Shown piece by piece: positions 28,189-39,400 of a stretch of DNA of 64,000 nt (the first letter of the stretch is position 1; each line of letters opens with the position of its first letter). Origin of the DNA: Candidatus Altimarinota bacterium (GTDB lineage Bacteria; Patescibacteriota; Gracilibacteria; UBA4473); NCBI GenBank assembly GCA_965231215.1, contig OZ246423.1, forward strand, positions 224,001 to 288,000, given 5' to 3'. Under the pieces are notes generated by a model. It ran no database searches. It was not told the origin of the DNA and was given only the letters and a program-made list of their open reading frames with translations. The position numbers were made by a program, and so were the translations under genes.

Positions 28189-28287
28189 TAAAATATTCGA
28201 TTTTCTCCATTTGAGAATTTTTAGGATTTGAGCCATCATTTTTTACCCACGCAAAAAATAAAATTAACCTATAATCAAAAAAGATAA

Positions 28288-28361
28288 GCTTTCGTAGTTA
28301 AATGGAATAACAATTCCCTCCTAAGGAATAGTTGTAGGTTCGATTCCTGCCGAAGGCACCA
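28288..28361 (+). tRNA. tRNA-Arg(CCT)
   Basis: GCTTTCG...ATTCC-CTCCTAA-GGAAT...GGTTCGATTCC..CGAAGGCACCA. Confidence 0.92.
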
Positions 28362-28428
28362 GAAAAAACAAAAAGTGTTGTTAACCGTCGATTTATGGTA
28401 TAATGAAAGAAGATTTGAAACACCATCC

Positions 28429-28773
28429 ATGAAAAAAATTTCATTACTACTAACACTTTCACTTTTTTATATTAATCAAGCGGCCGCCCAAATTATCCCC
28501 GCTGGAGGTTTAGGAAGTAAAATTCAAGAAGGAAGAGCCGGACTCTCTGATTTTCCTAAACTAGTTGTACATTGGGTTGAATGGATACTTAGTATGGCTG
28601 GAGGATTTGCCGTAGTGATGGTCATGTGGGGCGGTATCAGGTACATGACAGGATCTGCTATGGGAGAAAAAGAAGAGGGTAAAAAAGTTATAATTTATGC
28701 ACTTTCTGGGCTCTTTGTTTGTTTCTTCGCTTGGTGGTTTGTAGAGTTGATCCAGGTATGGATGACAACATAG
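28429..28773 (+). CDS. TrbC/VirB2-like pilin
   Basis: Signal peptide, then AVVMVMWGGIRYMT...GKKVIIYALSGL with two TM helices. Confidence 0.7.
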   Translation: MKKISLLLTLSLFYINQAAAQIIPAGGLGSKIQEGRAGLSDFPKLVVHWVEWILSMAGGFAVVMVMWGGIRYMTGSAMGEKEEGKKVIIYALSGLFVCFFAWWFVELIQVWMTT

Positions 28774-28895
28774 TTTATGGGCTGTTTTCCTCCTATTCCC
28801 CCTTCCTTGAATTCGTATTCATTTGTTTCGGGACTCCATAAGCTCCTAAACCAAATTCATAATTGAAACCCCGTTTAAGAATCTTTGATAGAAAA

Positions 28896-29348
28896 CTATT
28901 GATTGAAGATTTTTTCAATCTGCGCTTCAGCCGCCATCTCTAACTGTTGATACATAATTTCAAATCCATCCAAATGTGAATAATACGGATCATTTACTTC
29001 TTTATCATCAAACAAACTTAGTTTTGAATGATACGCTTCTGGAATAATCATTTTCATATTATCCAAATTGGAGTAATCCATCCCAAAGAGGTAATCAAAT
29101 TCTTTACCATCCTCTGCCGTAAGTTTACGAGCCTTTTGAGTAGAAATATCTATTCCATAAACCTCACATACTTGTTGTGATCTTGCATCAGGAGGTTGGC
29201 CAATATGCCAAGCACCAGTACCAGCTGAATCTATTTCAAAATCTATTGCTTCTTGATATCCAGCTGCTTCAAGCTTGGATTTCATGATTCCCTGAGCCGC
29301 AGGACTTCGACAAATATTCCCAAGACAGACAAACAAAATTTTTTTCAT
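28896..29348 (-). CDS. Low molecular weight protein phosphatase
   Basis: VCLGNICRS P-loop, DSAGT, DPYY. Confidence 0.93.
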   Translation of the reverse strand: MKKILFVCLGNICRSPAAQGIMKSKLEAAGYQEAIDFEIDSAGTGAWHIGQPPDARSQQVCEVYGIDISTQKARKLTAEDGKEFDYLFGMDYSNLDNMKMIIPEAYHSKLSLFDDKEVNDPYYSHLDGFEIMYQQLEMAAEAQIEKIFNQ

Positions 29349-29581
29349 ACACACATTATAGAAATTTAACCTTCTAAAAAAAACTAGATACCGTCAAATA
29401 TATGGACTCAACCGCTAGCTATTGAAGGGGGGTTCTATAGGCCTGTTTAAAAATCATCCACCAGGTTTGGACTTAGCTATAAAAACGCTCAAACTTATAG
29501 AAGCTTCTGTCGGGTCTTGTCCCTCAAACACTGAAGCTTTAACTACACTGCAAGCTCTAAAAAAACAGAGAGCAGCAAAAA

Positions 29582-30271
29582 TTAAGACAACGGCTGATTC
29601 CGAGGAATCCCGTTAGCTCGAGGGAACTGCTTATGAGTTGTCGCAATTTTTTTAATGATTACAAAAACTCTTTCAGAGTCACCCAAAGCTGTTTCGTATA
29701 TAGCTTCAATTTTACCTCCCAATTTTTTTTCTAATCCCTCAAAAATCTTTAAATCTTCATGAATTTGAGGGCCTTGATAAGCCGCAAACAGACCCCCAAC
29801 TTTTACAAACGGTAAAGCATATTCAAGTAAAACGGGCCAAGGGGCTAAAGCTCTGGCCGTTACTAGATCAAATCTTTCACGGAAAACCTTATCCTGTCCA
29901 AAGTCTTCAATACGCCCATGAAAGGTTTTTAAATTCTTTAACCCCAATTCATCACCCATAGCCTGAACGGCTTTCATTTTTTTGCCTACGCTATCCAACG
30001 CTGAGATTTGTGCCGTAGGTGAAAATACCGCTAACGGTAAACATGGGAAACCTCCACCAGCTCCAAGGTCTAAAGTTTTTTTACGGCTAAACTCTACATA
30101 TTTGGTAGGCAACAATGAATCTAAAAAGTGCTTTTCATAAATACCAGCTTTATCCCTAATAGCCGATAAATTTATTTTTGAATTCCACTCAATAAAGCTT
30201 TCACAGAGTTTCTCAAACTGCACTTTTTGCTCGGATGAAAGATCAATACCGTTTTCAGAAAACAAAGACAT
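29582..30271 (-). CDS. rsmG: 16S rRNA (guanine527-N7)-methyltransferase
   Basis: WNSKINLSAI, KHFLDSL, DLGAGGGFP, VTARA, FPRANG. Confidence 0.95.
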   Translation of the reverse strand: MSLFSENGIDLSSEQKVQFEKLCESFIEWNSKINLSAIRDKAGIYEKHFLDSLLPTKYVEFSRKKTLDLGAGGGFPCLPLAVFSPTAQISALDSVGKKMKAVQAMGDELGLKNLKTFHGRIEDFGQDKVFRERFDLVTARALAPWPVLLEYALPFVKVGGLFAAYQGPQIHEDLKIFEGLEKKLGGKIEAIYETALGDSERVFVIIKKIATTHKQFPRANGIPRNQPLS

Positions 30272-30274
30272 GGA

Positions 30275-30964
30275 TTACAAAATAGCTCTATTTATCTCCA
30301 AAACAAAATCTTTAAGCAGACTTAGTTTTTTGACCGTGTATTTTAGTAGAAATTCTTCATCAATTTTTTTATCCCTTATCAAAGGATATCGATGCATAGC
30401 CCAATAAGCTTGAAGTTTAAGTATATTGGCCAATGGCGAGTTTTTGTCATATCTTCGAGGTACGGTTTTAAGCACTCCAAACCCAAGATCAGAAAGCTCA
30501 AAGGTTTGAGTAAAGGTCTTAGCGTTTATAGAGGCCGCTAATTTAGAATTTTTTGTCACTAAAGCGTCTCGAATTAAATTCAGTTCTGATGGAGGCAATT
30601 TATTAATCCCTCCCATGATGTAGAGGTACCCATCAGCACTAATCCCAAAACCATACCCCGCAATCCCCTTTTTTTTACCAGTAGCCGAAAACTTGGCTCC
30701 CATATGAGTTTTATACGGCGTTTTATCAGCACTAAATCTAATATCCCGATTAATCCGGAAAAGGGATTTTCGAGGATCGGTGTGTACCAACACTGAATCC
30801 ACCCCCAACATCTGGGCATGAACACTTTCTACAAAGTCCAAAAACTGAACCCGAATAACCTGGTATTCTTCACGGTGTTTATCCATCCACTGCTTTGAAT
30901 TATTGGCTTTTAGGCCAACAAGAAAGTCATGCATTCGGTACGGTTCAAATATATTTTTTTTCAT
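30275..30964 (-). CDS. DUF2461-family protein
   Basis: FL..LKANN..WM..HREEY, FRINRDIRFS.DKTPYK, LKTVPR.Y. Confidence 0.85.
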   Translation of the reverse strand: MKKNIFEPYRMHDFLVGLKANNSKQWMDKHREEYQVIRVQFLDFVESVHAQMLGVDSVLVHTDPRKSLFRINRDIRFSADKTPYKTHMGAKFSATGKKKGIAGYGFGISADGYLYIMGGINKLPPSELNLIRDALVTKNSKLAASINAKTFTQTFELSDLGFGVLKTVPRRYDKNSPLANILKLQAYWAMHRYPLIRDKKIDEEFLLKYTVKKLSLLKDFVLEINRAIL

Positions 30965-31090
30965 CCTATTTGAGCTACTTAATTTTAATAAAATACAAGA
31001 AAAAATCGAAGAGCTTTAATGAGCTGTATAAAAAATACAGTGAATGAGTACCACCAGTTTTGACGCAGGAATTTATAAAATTTGGAAGCT

Positions 31091-31783
31091 CTATTTTATA
31101 CCCTTTTTAGAAAGATAGAGAGACCCCGAAATATAAAGCCCCAACATTATAACTATTAAGATTTTCACCGAGAGTGGCAGCCCCCATGCCAGAACACCCG
31201 CATTCCATATCTGCTCATTAAAGTAGTGCGCCACATCCGCCATAAATTCAAAAAAGAAATTATCTAAAACTCCAATAATTCGATCTCGAAAAAACATCCA
31301 TAAAAAGAGCAAAAATAGCACCATTACCGACACACTAAAAAGGAATATTTTATTAGCCAACGTGACTACCTCTTCTTCAAATTCCCCATACATGGATTCT
31401 ACAATAGTAATGATGAGAAAGAAGAAGAAACTCCACGTAAAAACAAGCGCTGTAAGTAAGGGTTCTTGAGTGACATAGGTAACCGTTAATTCCGCTATAG
31501 TAGCCACCACAAATTTGGGGAAAAAGTGAAAGTATGGGACCTGGCTACAAAACCGGGTAAACTTCAAAAAATACTGAAAGTACAGCGGCAACTGACGTTC
31601 TTTTCTCCGCTGTAAAAATACCGCTGAAAAATAAAAAGGCACGGCCACTACCTCAAAAACTAGGCGTAAAAAAGTATGCGATTTTTTCTTCTCACGAATA
31701 AACCAAATAAGCCGGAAAAGAGCCCAAAAAAAGAGCCCCAAAAACGGAAAAGCAAAAGAAAGTATGATAAGCCATTGTTCCAT
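31091..31783 (-). CDS. Hypothetical membrane protein
   Basis: 230 aa, Phe-rich, multiple TM segments. Confidence 0.7.
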   Translation of the reverse strand: MEQWLIILSFAFPFLGLFFWALFRLIWFIREKKKSHTFLRLVFEVVAVPFYFSAVFLQRRKERQLPLYFQYFLKFTRFCSQVPYFHFFPKFVVATIAELTVTYVTQEPLLTALVFTWSFFFFLIITIVESMYGEFEEEVVTLANKIFLFSVSVMVLFLLFLWMFFRDRIIGVLDNFFFEFMADVAHYFNEQIWNAGVLAWGLPLSVKILIVIMLGLYISGSLYLSKKGIK

Positions 31784-31916
31784 AGCGAAAGCATTAAACT
31801 TTTTTAAAAGATAAGTTCAAAACTTTATAGCAGGAAAGAGTCTCCTTTTTAGCAACCGGCCACAACTTTTGATTTGTTTTTGACGGAATTTAGGCAAAAC
31901 AGCAAAATATCTAGGC

Positions 31917-32429
31917 ATGGGATCACAAAAAACACTCACACACACAGCTACTAAATATTTACAAGCTATTGATACACTTCAGACAACAGGGAAAGTACAT
32001 CAGATAGATGTGGCTAAATATTTGAAAGTGAGCCCTTCTAGTTGTTTTGAAAGCATCCTCCGACTTATAAAAAAAGAGTTAATTACCCAAGATAACAGCA
32101 AATGTTTAGCCCTGACCCCAGAGGGGAAAAAAGTACTAGCAGGCATTCAGCAGAACCAATACATTTTTGCTAGTTTTTTCCGTGAAGTGTTAGGCGAGTG
32201 CTGCCAGGACTCAAAAAAGATAGCTTCTCAAATTGAACCCATTCTAGATTTAGACACCACTTTAACCATGTGTCGATTCAATAACTTCCTAGAACATATA
32301 AAGGGGCGAAAAGTTGATTTTTGGAAAGAGTGGGCAGATTTTTGCCTAGACCCAACAAAAGATGAGCCCTGCTTGGAATGCGCTCACCGCGATCATTGCC
32401 TAAAAACCAAAAAGCAAAAACCCGATTAA
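31917..32429 (+). CDS. DtxR/MntR-fold transcriptional regulator with Cys-rich C-terminus
   Basis: YLQAI, DVAKYLKVSPSS, LTPEG, FFREVLG, ASQIE; nine Cys. Confidence 0.8.
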   Translation: MGSQKTLTHTATKYLQAIDTLQTTGKVHQIDVAKYLKVSPSSCFESILRLIKKELITQDNSKCLALTPEGKKVLAGIQQNQYIFASFFREVLGECCQDSKKIASQIEPILDLDTTLTMCRFNNFLEHIKGRKVDFWKEWADFCLDPTKDEPCLECAHRDHCLKTKKQKPD

Positions 32430-33238
32430 TAATTACATAAGACCTCAAATCCAGCAGTGCTGAAAAAAGACGCTACTAGCCTGATTTCTTCTTTAGTGGG
32501 GATCGCTATCTCATCAAATTCATAACGCTTTCCAATCTTTTCCCATTTGTCTTTCCCGGCTTTGTGATACGGCAAAATTTCTATTTTCTCAGCGCCAGAT
32601 TGTTTGATTAACAGCACTAACTTATCCAGATATTGAGGGGTATTGGTTATCCCCGGTATCAGTACATACCGAATCCAAATTGGTTTTTTTTGAGTTGATA
32701 ACCATTCAAGGTTTTCGAGAATAATTTTGTTGCTTACTCCCGTTAAGGCTTGGTGATCTTTATCTTCTAATTGTTTAATACTCACCAAAAAAAGATCCGT
32801 ATAGGGGGTTATTTTTTCTAAATTTTGAAAACGACTAAAGAGTGAAGTATCCACCGCCGTGTGAATTTCATTTTTTTGACAGAGTTCAAGACATTTTTTA
32901 AGAAAACAAGCTTGAAAAAGTGGCTCTCCACCACTGAAAGTAACTCCCCCACCAGAAGAGGTGAAGTACGACTTATTCCGTAGAATTTTTGTAACTAACT
33001 GTTCTGGAGTCATCCGGGTTCCGGTCTGAGGCACTGTTACATCAACATTATGACAGTATTTGCACCGCATAGGACAACCAGATAAAAACACCACCGTACG
33101 AATTCCTGGGCCGTCAAGTGTTCCCATCGATTCAATAGAATGCACAAAGCCATTTTTACAGCCTCCACAGCCACCACACTTTGAGGTAACTTTTTCTGGT
33201 TTTTTCTGCCGATCTCCACCAAGCATATAAAAAGCCAT
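32426..33238 (-). CDS. pflA: Pyruvate formate-lyase activating enzyme
   Basis: DGPGIRTVVF, CPMRCKYCHN, GGVTFSGGEP, ILPYH. Confidence 0.95.
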   Translation of the reverse strand: MAFYMLGGDRQKKPEKVTSKCGGCGGCKNGFVHSIESMGTLDGPGIRTVVFLSGCPMRCKYCHNVDVTVPQTGTRMTPEQLVTKILRNKSYFTSSGGGVTFSGGEPLFQACFLKKCLELCQKNEIHTAVDTSLFSRFQNLEKITPYTDLFLVSIKQLEDKDHQALTGVSNKIILENLEWLSTQKKPIWIRYVLIPGITNTPQYLDKLVLLIKQSGAEKIEILPYHKAGKDKWEKIGKRYEFDEIAIPTKEEIRLVASFFSTAGFEVLCNY

Positions 33239-33240
33239 CT

Positions 33241-35484
33241 TTAGTGTTTAACGTGAAAGGTACGAGCCAGAACCTCTTCCTGCTGTAACTGATTCAAGCT
33301 AATAAACCGCACCGCATAACCAGATACTCGAATAGTGAGATTGGGATATTCTTCAGGTTTAGCCATAGCCTCACGTAGCATTGCTTCATTCAAGACATTC
33401 ACATTCAAGTGATGCGCCTTTTGACTAAAGTATCCATCCATCAAGGCAGTCAAGTTTTGGACACGCATGAGATTATCTTTTCCGAGCCCTTGGGGCGTAA
33501 TAGAAAAAGTATTAGAAATCCCATCAGTACAACATTCGTATGGCAACTTGGCCACAGAATTAAGCGAAGCTATAGCCCCAAATTTATCACGATTATGCAT
33601 CGGATTAGCTCCTGGTGAAAAAGCCTCCCTCGCTTTGCGACCATCAGGCGTTGCCCCTGTTTTGTGCCCATACATCACATTCGAAGTAATCGTCAGCACT
33701 GACAGCGTATGCTGAGCGTTTCGATAGGCCGGGTACTTTTTTAGAGCTCCATAAAATTTTTGTAAAACTTCGACCGCGATGTCATCTACTCGATCATCAT
33801 CTGACCCATAAGTAGGGAAATCTCCATTTACCTCAAAATCCACCGTTAGTCCTTTTTCGTTTCTGATTGGTTTTACCTGGGCGTGTTTGATGGCCGACAA
33901 ACTATCAACCAAAACGGAAAAACCCGCTACGCCAAAAGCCATGAGTCTCTCCACCTCTGGGTCATGCAATGCCATTTGACTGTTTTCATAATAATACCGA
34001 TCATGCGAATAATGAATAAGATTCATCGTCCCAACGTAACGCTCAGCGACCCAGTCCATAAATTTATATAAAAGATCCTTCACCTCTTCATAGTTCAGAA
34101 TTTGGTCCGTTTTTAGCGCGGGCACATCAGGGATTATACGCTCTCCATCTAATTCATCTTTCCCCTGGTTTAACACGAGGAGGAGCAGCTTAGCGAGGTT
34201 ACAACGGGCCCCAAAATATTGCATCTGCTGTCCTACTTTCATAGCTGAAACACAACAAGCAATAGCATAATCATCTTTAAAATCAGGTCGCATCAAGTCA
34301 TCATTTTCAAATTGTAGCGATGAGGTTTCAATCGAAACCTGACTAACATAATGCTTAAAATTATCCGGTAAGTCTTGCGACCACAGAACCGTCAAATTGG
34401 GCTCTGGAGAAGTACTTAAGTTACTAAGGGTATGTAGAAAACGGAAGGTCGTTTTGGTCACTAACGTTCTCCCATCTATTCCCATGCCGCCCAAAGCCAG
34501 GGTTACCCAGGTTGGATCTCCCGCAAAAATTTCATTGTATTCTGGCAGCCTGAGTTGTTTGACCAAACGAAGTTTGATAACTAAATCATCAATAATCTCT
34601 TGCACCTCTGATTCACTCAAAACTCCATCATGTAAATCTTTCTCAGCATAAATATCTAAAAAGGCATCAAGACGCCCCAAGCTCATCGCGGCTCCATCTT
34701 GTTCTTTTACCGCGGCTAAATAGCTAAAATAAAGCCACTGTACAGCTTCTTTAAAATTTTGTGCTGGCTTCGCTATATCAAAACCATAACTCTGCGCCAC
34801 CATTTTCATGTCCTCCAGGGCTTGTATCTGCCAACCAATTTCTTCTCTCAGCTGTATATTGGAAGTCTCTGGAAACGGTATTTTTTGGTTCAAATACTGC
34901 TGGCGATCTTCTATAAGTCGATCCACTCCATACAAAGCTACCCGCCGATAATCACCAATAATTCGTCCCCGTCCGTAATTATCGGGTAATCCAGTTATCA
35001 GGCCTTTTGAACGCAACATTTTACCCTCAGGAGTATAAAAATCATTCCAGTATTTGTAGAGCCCAAAAACACCATCATTATGGGTAGTAACGTAATTTTC
35101 AAAAGCCGATTTAACCTGTTTATCTAAAGCTTTCCCATAACTTTCACAGGCTCGGTCTACAAGCCGAATCCCCCCTTTTGGTTTAATAGCTCGCTTTAAA
35201 GGGCTATCGGTTTGCAGGCCCATAATAATTTCGTTGTTTTTGTCTATATATCCCGGTCTATGACTGGTAATAGTAGAAGGTATTTCTGAATCAATATCAA
35301 GCACGCCTCCAGCTTTGCGCTCTTGGGATTGCAAGTTTTCGAGTTTGGCATAAAGGGTTTTCGTCCTTGGCGTAGGAGGTGCCAAAAAAACACTATCCCC
35401 TTCGTAGGGGGTGTAATTTTGTTGAATAAAATCCACTACATTTATTTCTTTTTTCCACGTTTCACCAGCAAAATCGTGTTTCAT
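33241..35484 (-). CDS. pflB: Pyruvate formate-lyase (formate C-acetyltransferase)
   Basis: [24 protein letters not shown], glycyl-radical motif TIRVSGYAV. Confidence 0.97.
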   Translation of the reverse strand: MKHDFAGETWKKEINVVDFIQQNYTPYEGDSVFLAPPTPRTKTLYAKLENLQSQERKAGGVLDIDSEIPSTITSHRPGYIDKNNEIIMGLQTDSPLKRAIKPKGGIRLVDRACESYGKALDKQVKSAFENYVTTHNDGVFGLYKYWNDFYTPEGKMLRSKGLITGLPDNYGRGRIIGDYRRVALYGVDRLIEDRQQYLNQKIPFPETSNIQLREEIGWQIQALEDMKMVAQSYGFDIAKPAQNFKEAVQWLYFSYLAAVKEQDGAAMSLGRLDAFLDIYAEKDLHDGVLSESEVQEIIDDLVIKLRLVKQLRLPEYNEIFAGDPTWVTLALGGMGIDGRTLVTKTTFRFLHTLSNLSTSPEPNLTVLWSQDLPDNFKHYVSQVSIETSSLQFENDDLMRPDFKDDYAIACCVSAMKVGQQMQYFGARCNLAKLLLLVLNQGKDELDGERIIPDVPALKTDQILNYEEVKDLLYKFMDWVAERYVGTMNLIHYSHDRYYYENSQMALHDPEVERLMAFGVAGFSVLVDSLSAIKHAQVKPIRNEKGLTVDFEVNGDFPTYGSDDDRVDDIAVEVLQKFYGALKKYPAYRNAQHTLSVLTITSNVMYGHKTGATPDGRKAREAFSPGANPMHNRDKFGAIASLNSVAKLPYECCTDGISNTFSITPQGLGKDNLMRVQNLTALMDGYFSQKAHHLNVNVLNEAMLREAMAKPEEYPNLTIRVSGYAVRFISLNQLQQEEVLARTFHVKH

Positions 35485-35550
35485 AAAACTTTATAATGAG
35501 GCCTTTTCAAGGTAGTTAAATTTAAAGTATTTATCAAAATAAGAAGCTTG

Positions 35551-35568
35551 AATTCGGTATACCTAATT
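35551..35568. promoter_or_regulatory. Candidate operator palindrome upstream of pflB
   Basis: AATTCGGTATACCTAATT, a near-perfect inverted repeat resembling TTAGG-N4-CCTAA DtxR-family boxes. Confidence 0.45.
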
Positions 35569-35769
35569 TAGAAAAATTCGTGTAGGGAAATTATGCCTTA
35601 AATCTAGGTAAATAAGAAATAAATCATCTCTTCCTTCAAACACAAAAAAGTTTGGTTGGCCTTAGCGGTTTCATGTATGGGCGTGCACGAACTCTGCGAG
35701 TTCGCTTCTTGGCATTACATGCCACAACAAAAAAACTCGCCAACCCTGACGGGCTTGAGAGTTTTTTCG

Positions 35770-35844
35770 TGGAGCGCGTAGCGAGAATCGAACTCGCGTC
35801 TCTGCCTTGGCAAGGCAATATAATAGCCACTATACGATACGCGC
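35770..35844 (-). tRNA. tRNA-Gly(GCC)
   Basis: GCGCGTATCGTATAGTGG...TTGCC-TTGCCAA-GGCAG...GTTCGATTC..TACGCGCTCCA. Confidence 0.93.
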
Positions 35845-35896
35845 AATGTGGCCGAATTCTATTAAAATTGACCTCAAAACTCAAGCCAAAATTCTA

Positions 35897-36424
35897 CTAA
35901 CCTCCGCATTGTTTTGTATCATAAAAAGAAATCGTATCGGTCAGCACAATATCATCAGCATTACCAAGAATGGCATCCGGTCCGGCTGAACGGAAGTTAT
36001 CTTTTCTACAATAATCTACCCCTGAATACTCCCCTTCGTTTTCATCTATAAGATAAACACTTCCCCAAGGATCCCGCATGTCTTCCGACCCCAAATCCAT
36101 ATTGGCCTGGGTGGCAATAAGTTCAAAAGCGGCTTTCATATTTACAATACAGGCATGCCCGTCAGCAAGCGTATTAATTTCCTCTCCAGTTCGGCAACTA
36201 CAATCACTACATCCTTTACTAGTAATATAAAATAATGGCCCATCTCGAAGTGTCCGTGCCATTTTTATAGCTCGGATAAGACTACTAGCCTCAGCCTCAA
36301 CCTTAGCTCTACGAGCCCTGTCAAAATAACTACTCAAAGTATACACCGAGAGCGTGCCCAGAATACCAATAATGACTATGACCACTAATAATTCTACAAG
36401 TGTGAAACCTCTGATTATTTTCAT
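35897..36424 (-). CDS. Type IV pilin / GspG-like pseudopilin
   Basis: RG|FTLVELLVVIVIIGIL N-methylation motif; DPWG and SAGPD...DDI. Confidence 0.88.
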   Translation of the reverse strand: MKIIRGFTLVELLVVIVIIGILGTLSVYTLSSYFDRARRAKVEAEASSLIRAIKMARTLRDGPLFYITSKGCSDCSCRTGEEINTLADGHACIVNMKAAFELIATQANMDLGSEDMRDPWGSVYLIDENEGEYSGVDYCRKDNFRSAGPDAILGNADDIVLTDTISFYDTKQCGG

Positions 36425-36489
36425 ACTCTCCGCATTATACGAAAGTTAACGAAGTTATAAAAATTTTTGATTTAATCTACCCAAAAGCG

Positions 36490-39400
36490 TTATTTTTCAG
36501 AAGCTTCATCATTGGCTTCCATATCAGCCTCTACCTCAGCCAGGTCATCATCACTTGGCTCTTCGGTTTCAACTGCAGCTTCTTCGGTGGTCTCAGGCTC
36601 TGGAGGTTGTTCCTCTAGATTTGAAGCAGCCTCCCCATCTTCGGTATGAACCCCTGTGTCATTGTTTTCAACTTCATTCTGGTCCCCTACTTCAGCGTAG
36701 TCTTCAGACTGTTTTAGCAAAGACCGTTCTGTGTTTTCTTCAAAATCATCCATATCGGTAACTACACCTTCTTCTACTTGTCCATCTTTGAGGAGTTCTA
36801 CTTTGAGACAGAGTGATTGAAGTTCTTTCATCAATACATTGAAAGATTCTGGAATAGAAATGAGATCTACTTCTTCGTCTTTTACAATAGATTCATAAGC
36901 TTTGGCTCGGCCATGTACATCATCTGATTTGATGGTAAGCATTTCTTGTAGCGTATGAGCGGCTCCATAAGCTTCTAGAGCCCATACCTCCATCTCTCCG
37001 AAACGTTGACCTCCATTTTGGGCTTTCCCTCCTAAAGGCTGTTGCGTTACCAAAGAGTATGGCCCTACAGAACGAGCATGAATTTTATCTTCTACTAGAT
37101 GGATCAGTTTGAGCATATAGGTGGTTCCCACTACTACTTTGTGATCAAATGGTTCTCCCGTTTTTCCGTCAAAAAGAGTAAATTTACCATCGGTTGGCAT
37201 CTCATTGGCTTTCAAAAAATCTTGAATAGTATTCATTTTAATACCATCTAGAACTGGCGTTGCTACTTTGATTCCCATTTTTGAAGCGGCCATTCCAAGA
37301 TGCGTTTCAAGCACCTGCCCAATATTCATCCGTGATGACACCCCAAGTGGATTGAGAATAATATCTACTGGTGTTCCATCCTCCATATAGGGCATGTCTT
37401 CAGAAGGAACAATTTGTGAGATAACTCCTTTATTTCCATGACGTCCAGCCATTTTATCTCCAGCTTCTAGGTGACGCATTTGAGCCACTTCAACAATAAC
37501 TCGTTTAAGAACTCCTGTTGGTAAGTCATCCCCTTCACTTCGATCTAGAATTTCAACATTGATTACTTTTCCTCCTGAACCCCTAGGCAGGCGAAGCGAG
37601 CTGTCTTTTACATCATGAGCCTTTTCACCAAAGATGGCTCGAAGCAGTCTATCTTCTGCGGTTAGTTCCGTTTCTCCTTTTGGCGTTACTTTCCCCGCCA
37701 AGATGTCTCCAGCTAGAGCGGTGGCCCCAATTCTTACAATACCCCCTTCATCAAGATCTTTCAGTTTTCCAGCGGCCACATTGGGGATATCAGCGGTCAA
37801 CTCTTCTGGCCCCAGTTTCGTATCTCGGACATCCATTTCATATTTTTCAATATGGATAGAATTAAAAAGTCCTTCTCTCACAATCCGATCAGAGACAATC
37901 ACCGCGTCCTCATAGTTGTATCCGCCCCATGACATATAGGCTACTTTAAGGTTGCGTCCTAGAGCTAAATCTCCTTTTTCTACAGAAGCTCCGTCTACAA
38001 GGGTTTCTCCTTTTTTAACTTTGTCTCCAGTGAAAACTCTTGGTCTTTGAGAAATACAGGTAGATTGGTTTGTCCTTTCAAAAGCTTTTACTTCATAGGT
38101 GTATTTTTTACCAGATTTACCCACAAAAGTTACTTCACTACTGTCCGCATATTTTACTTCTCCGTCTTCTGGAGCTCGTGTTACTTCTTCTTCAGAAGTA
38201 ATATGTTCCATTCCTGTTCCAATCACTGGAGATTCAGGACGAACGAGAGGAACCGCTTGTCTCTGCATGTTCGATCCCATCAAGGCACGAGTATTATCAT
38301 CATGCTCTAGGAATGAAATAAGCGAAGTAGAAAGTGATACAATTTGTTTTGGTGACACATCAATATGTGTAATTTCTTCAGCTGAATACGAACCTGGCTC
38401 AAAGTTTTTACGAGCCGAAACATGATTGTTAATAAATTGACCTTTTTCATCTAACTTAGAATTGGCCTGCGCAATACACATATTTCTTTCATGTTCTGCT
38501 GGGTAATAATGGACTTCGTTTGTAATGTAGGGGCGGACTGAAATCTCTTTAAGATCCTTTATTTTAGCTAACGCTTTTACCGTCTTATCATCTAGGACTG
38601 TATCTTTTTTAACGGCCACTTTTTTGCCATCCATAACCTCTGAAAGAACTATATGTCCACTTCCAGATTTACCATCATTTTTAATAGTACTTTTAACAGT
38701 TCGGTAGGGCGTCTCAATAAATCCCATAGGGTTTACGCGGGCATATGAAGCTAAATGAAGCACCAGTCCAATATTCGGCCCTTCAGGCGTTGTTACTGGA
38801 CAAATCCGTCCATAATGAGAAGGATGCACATCCCGCACTTCAAATGAAGCTCGTTCTCTTGAAAGTCCTCCTGGTCCCATCGCCGAAATTCTTCGCTTAT
38901 GTTCTAGGGACGCCAAAGGATTGGTTTGATCCATGAATTGAGAAAGTTGCCCAGAAGCAAAAAATTCTCGCATAGCCGCCGTAATAGGACGACAGTTAAT
39001 CAGCTGGGTAGGCGTTACACTATCCAGTTCTACAATGGTCATTCGGTCTTTTACGATTCGTTCAGTTCGCAGAAGCCCCACTCGGAATTTGTTTTGTACT
39101 AGTTCCCCTACTCCTCGGACACGTCGATTAGAAAGATGATCAATATCATCATCACACACCTCAGTACCATTGTTGTACTTAATAAGCTGTTTGATCATTT
39201 CAATGAAATCTTCAATTCGGAATACTCGTCCTGCTTCATCATCCTTCGTCTTGAGTTCAAAACGTTGATTAATCTTGTACCTAGCAATAGGTCCAAGATC
39301 GTATTTTTTAAAATCAAAGAACATAGATTCCAAAAACGCTTTTGCATTTTCTGGAGTCGCTAAGTCTCCAGGTCGAATTCGTTTATATACTCCTTGCCAG

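Noticed and set aside
35636-35989. Three short overlapping ORFs
   Set aside because: They overlap tRNA-Gly and its terminator and have no protein features.
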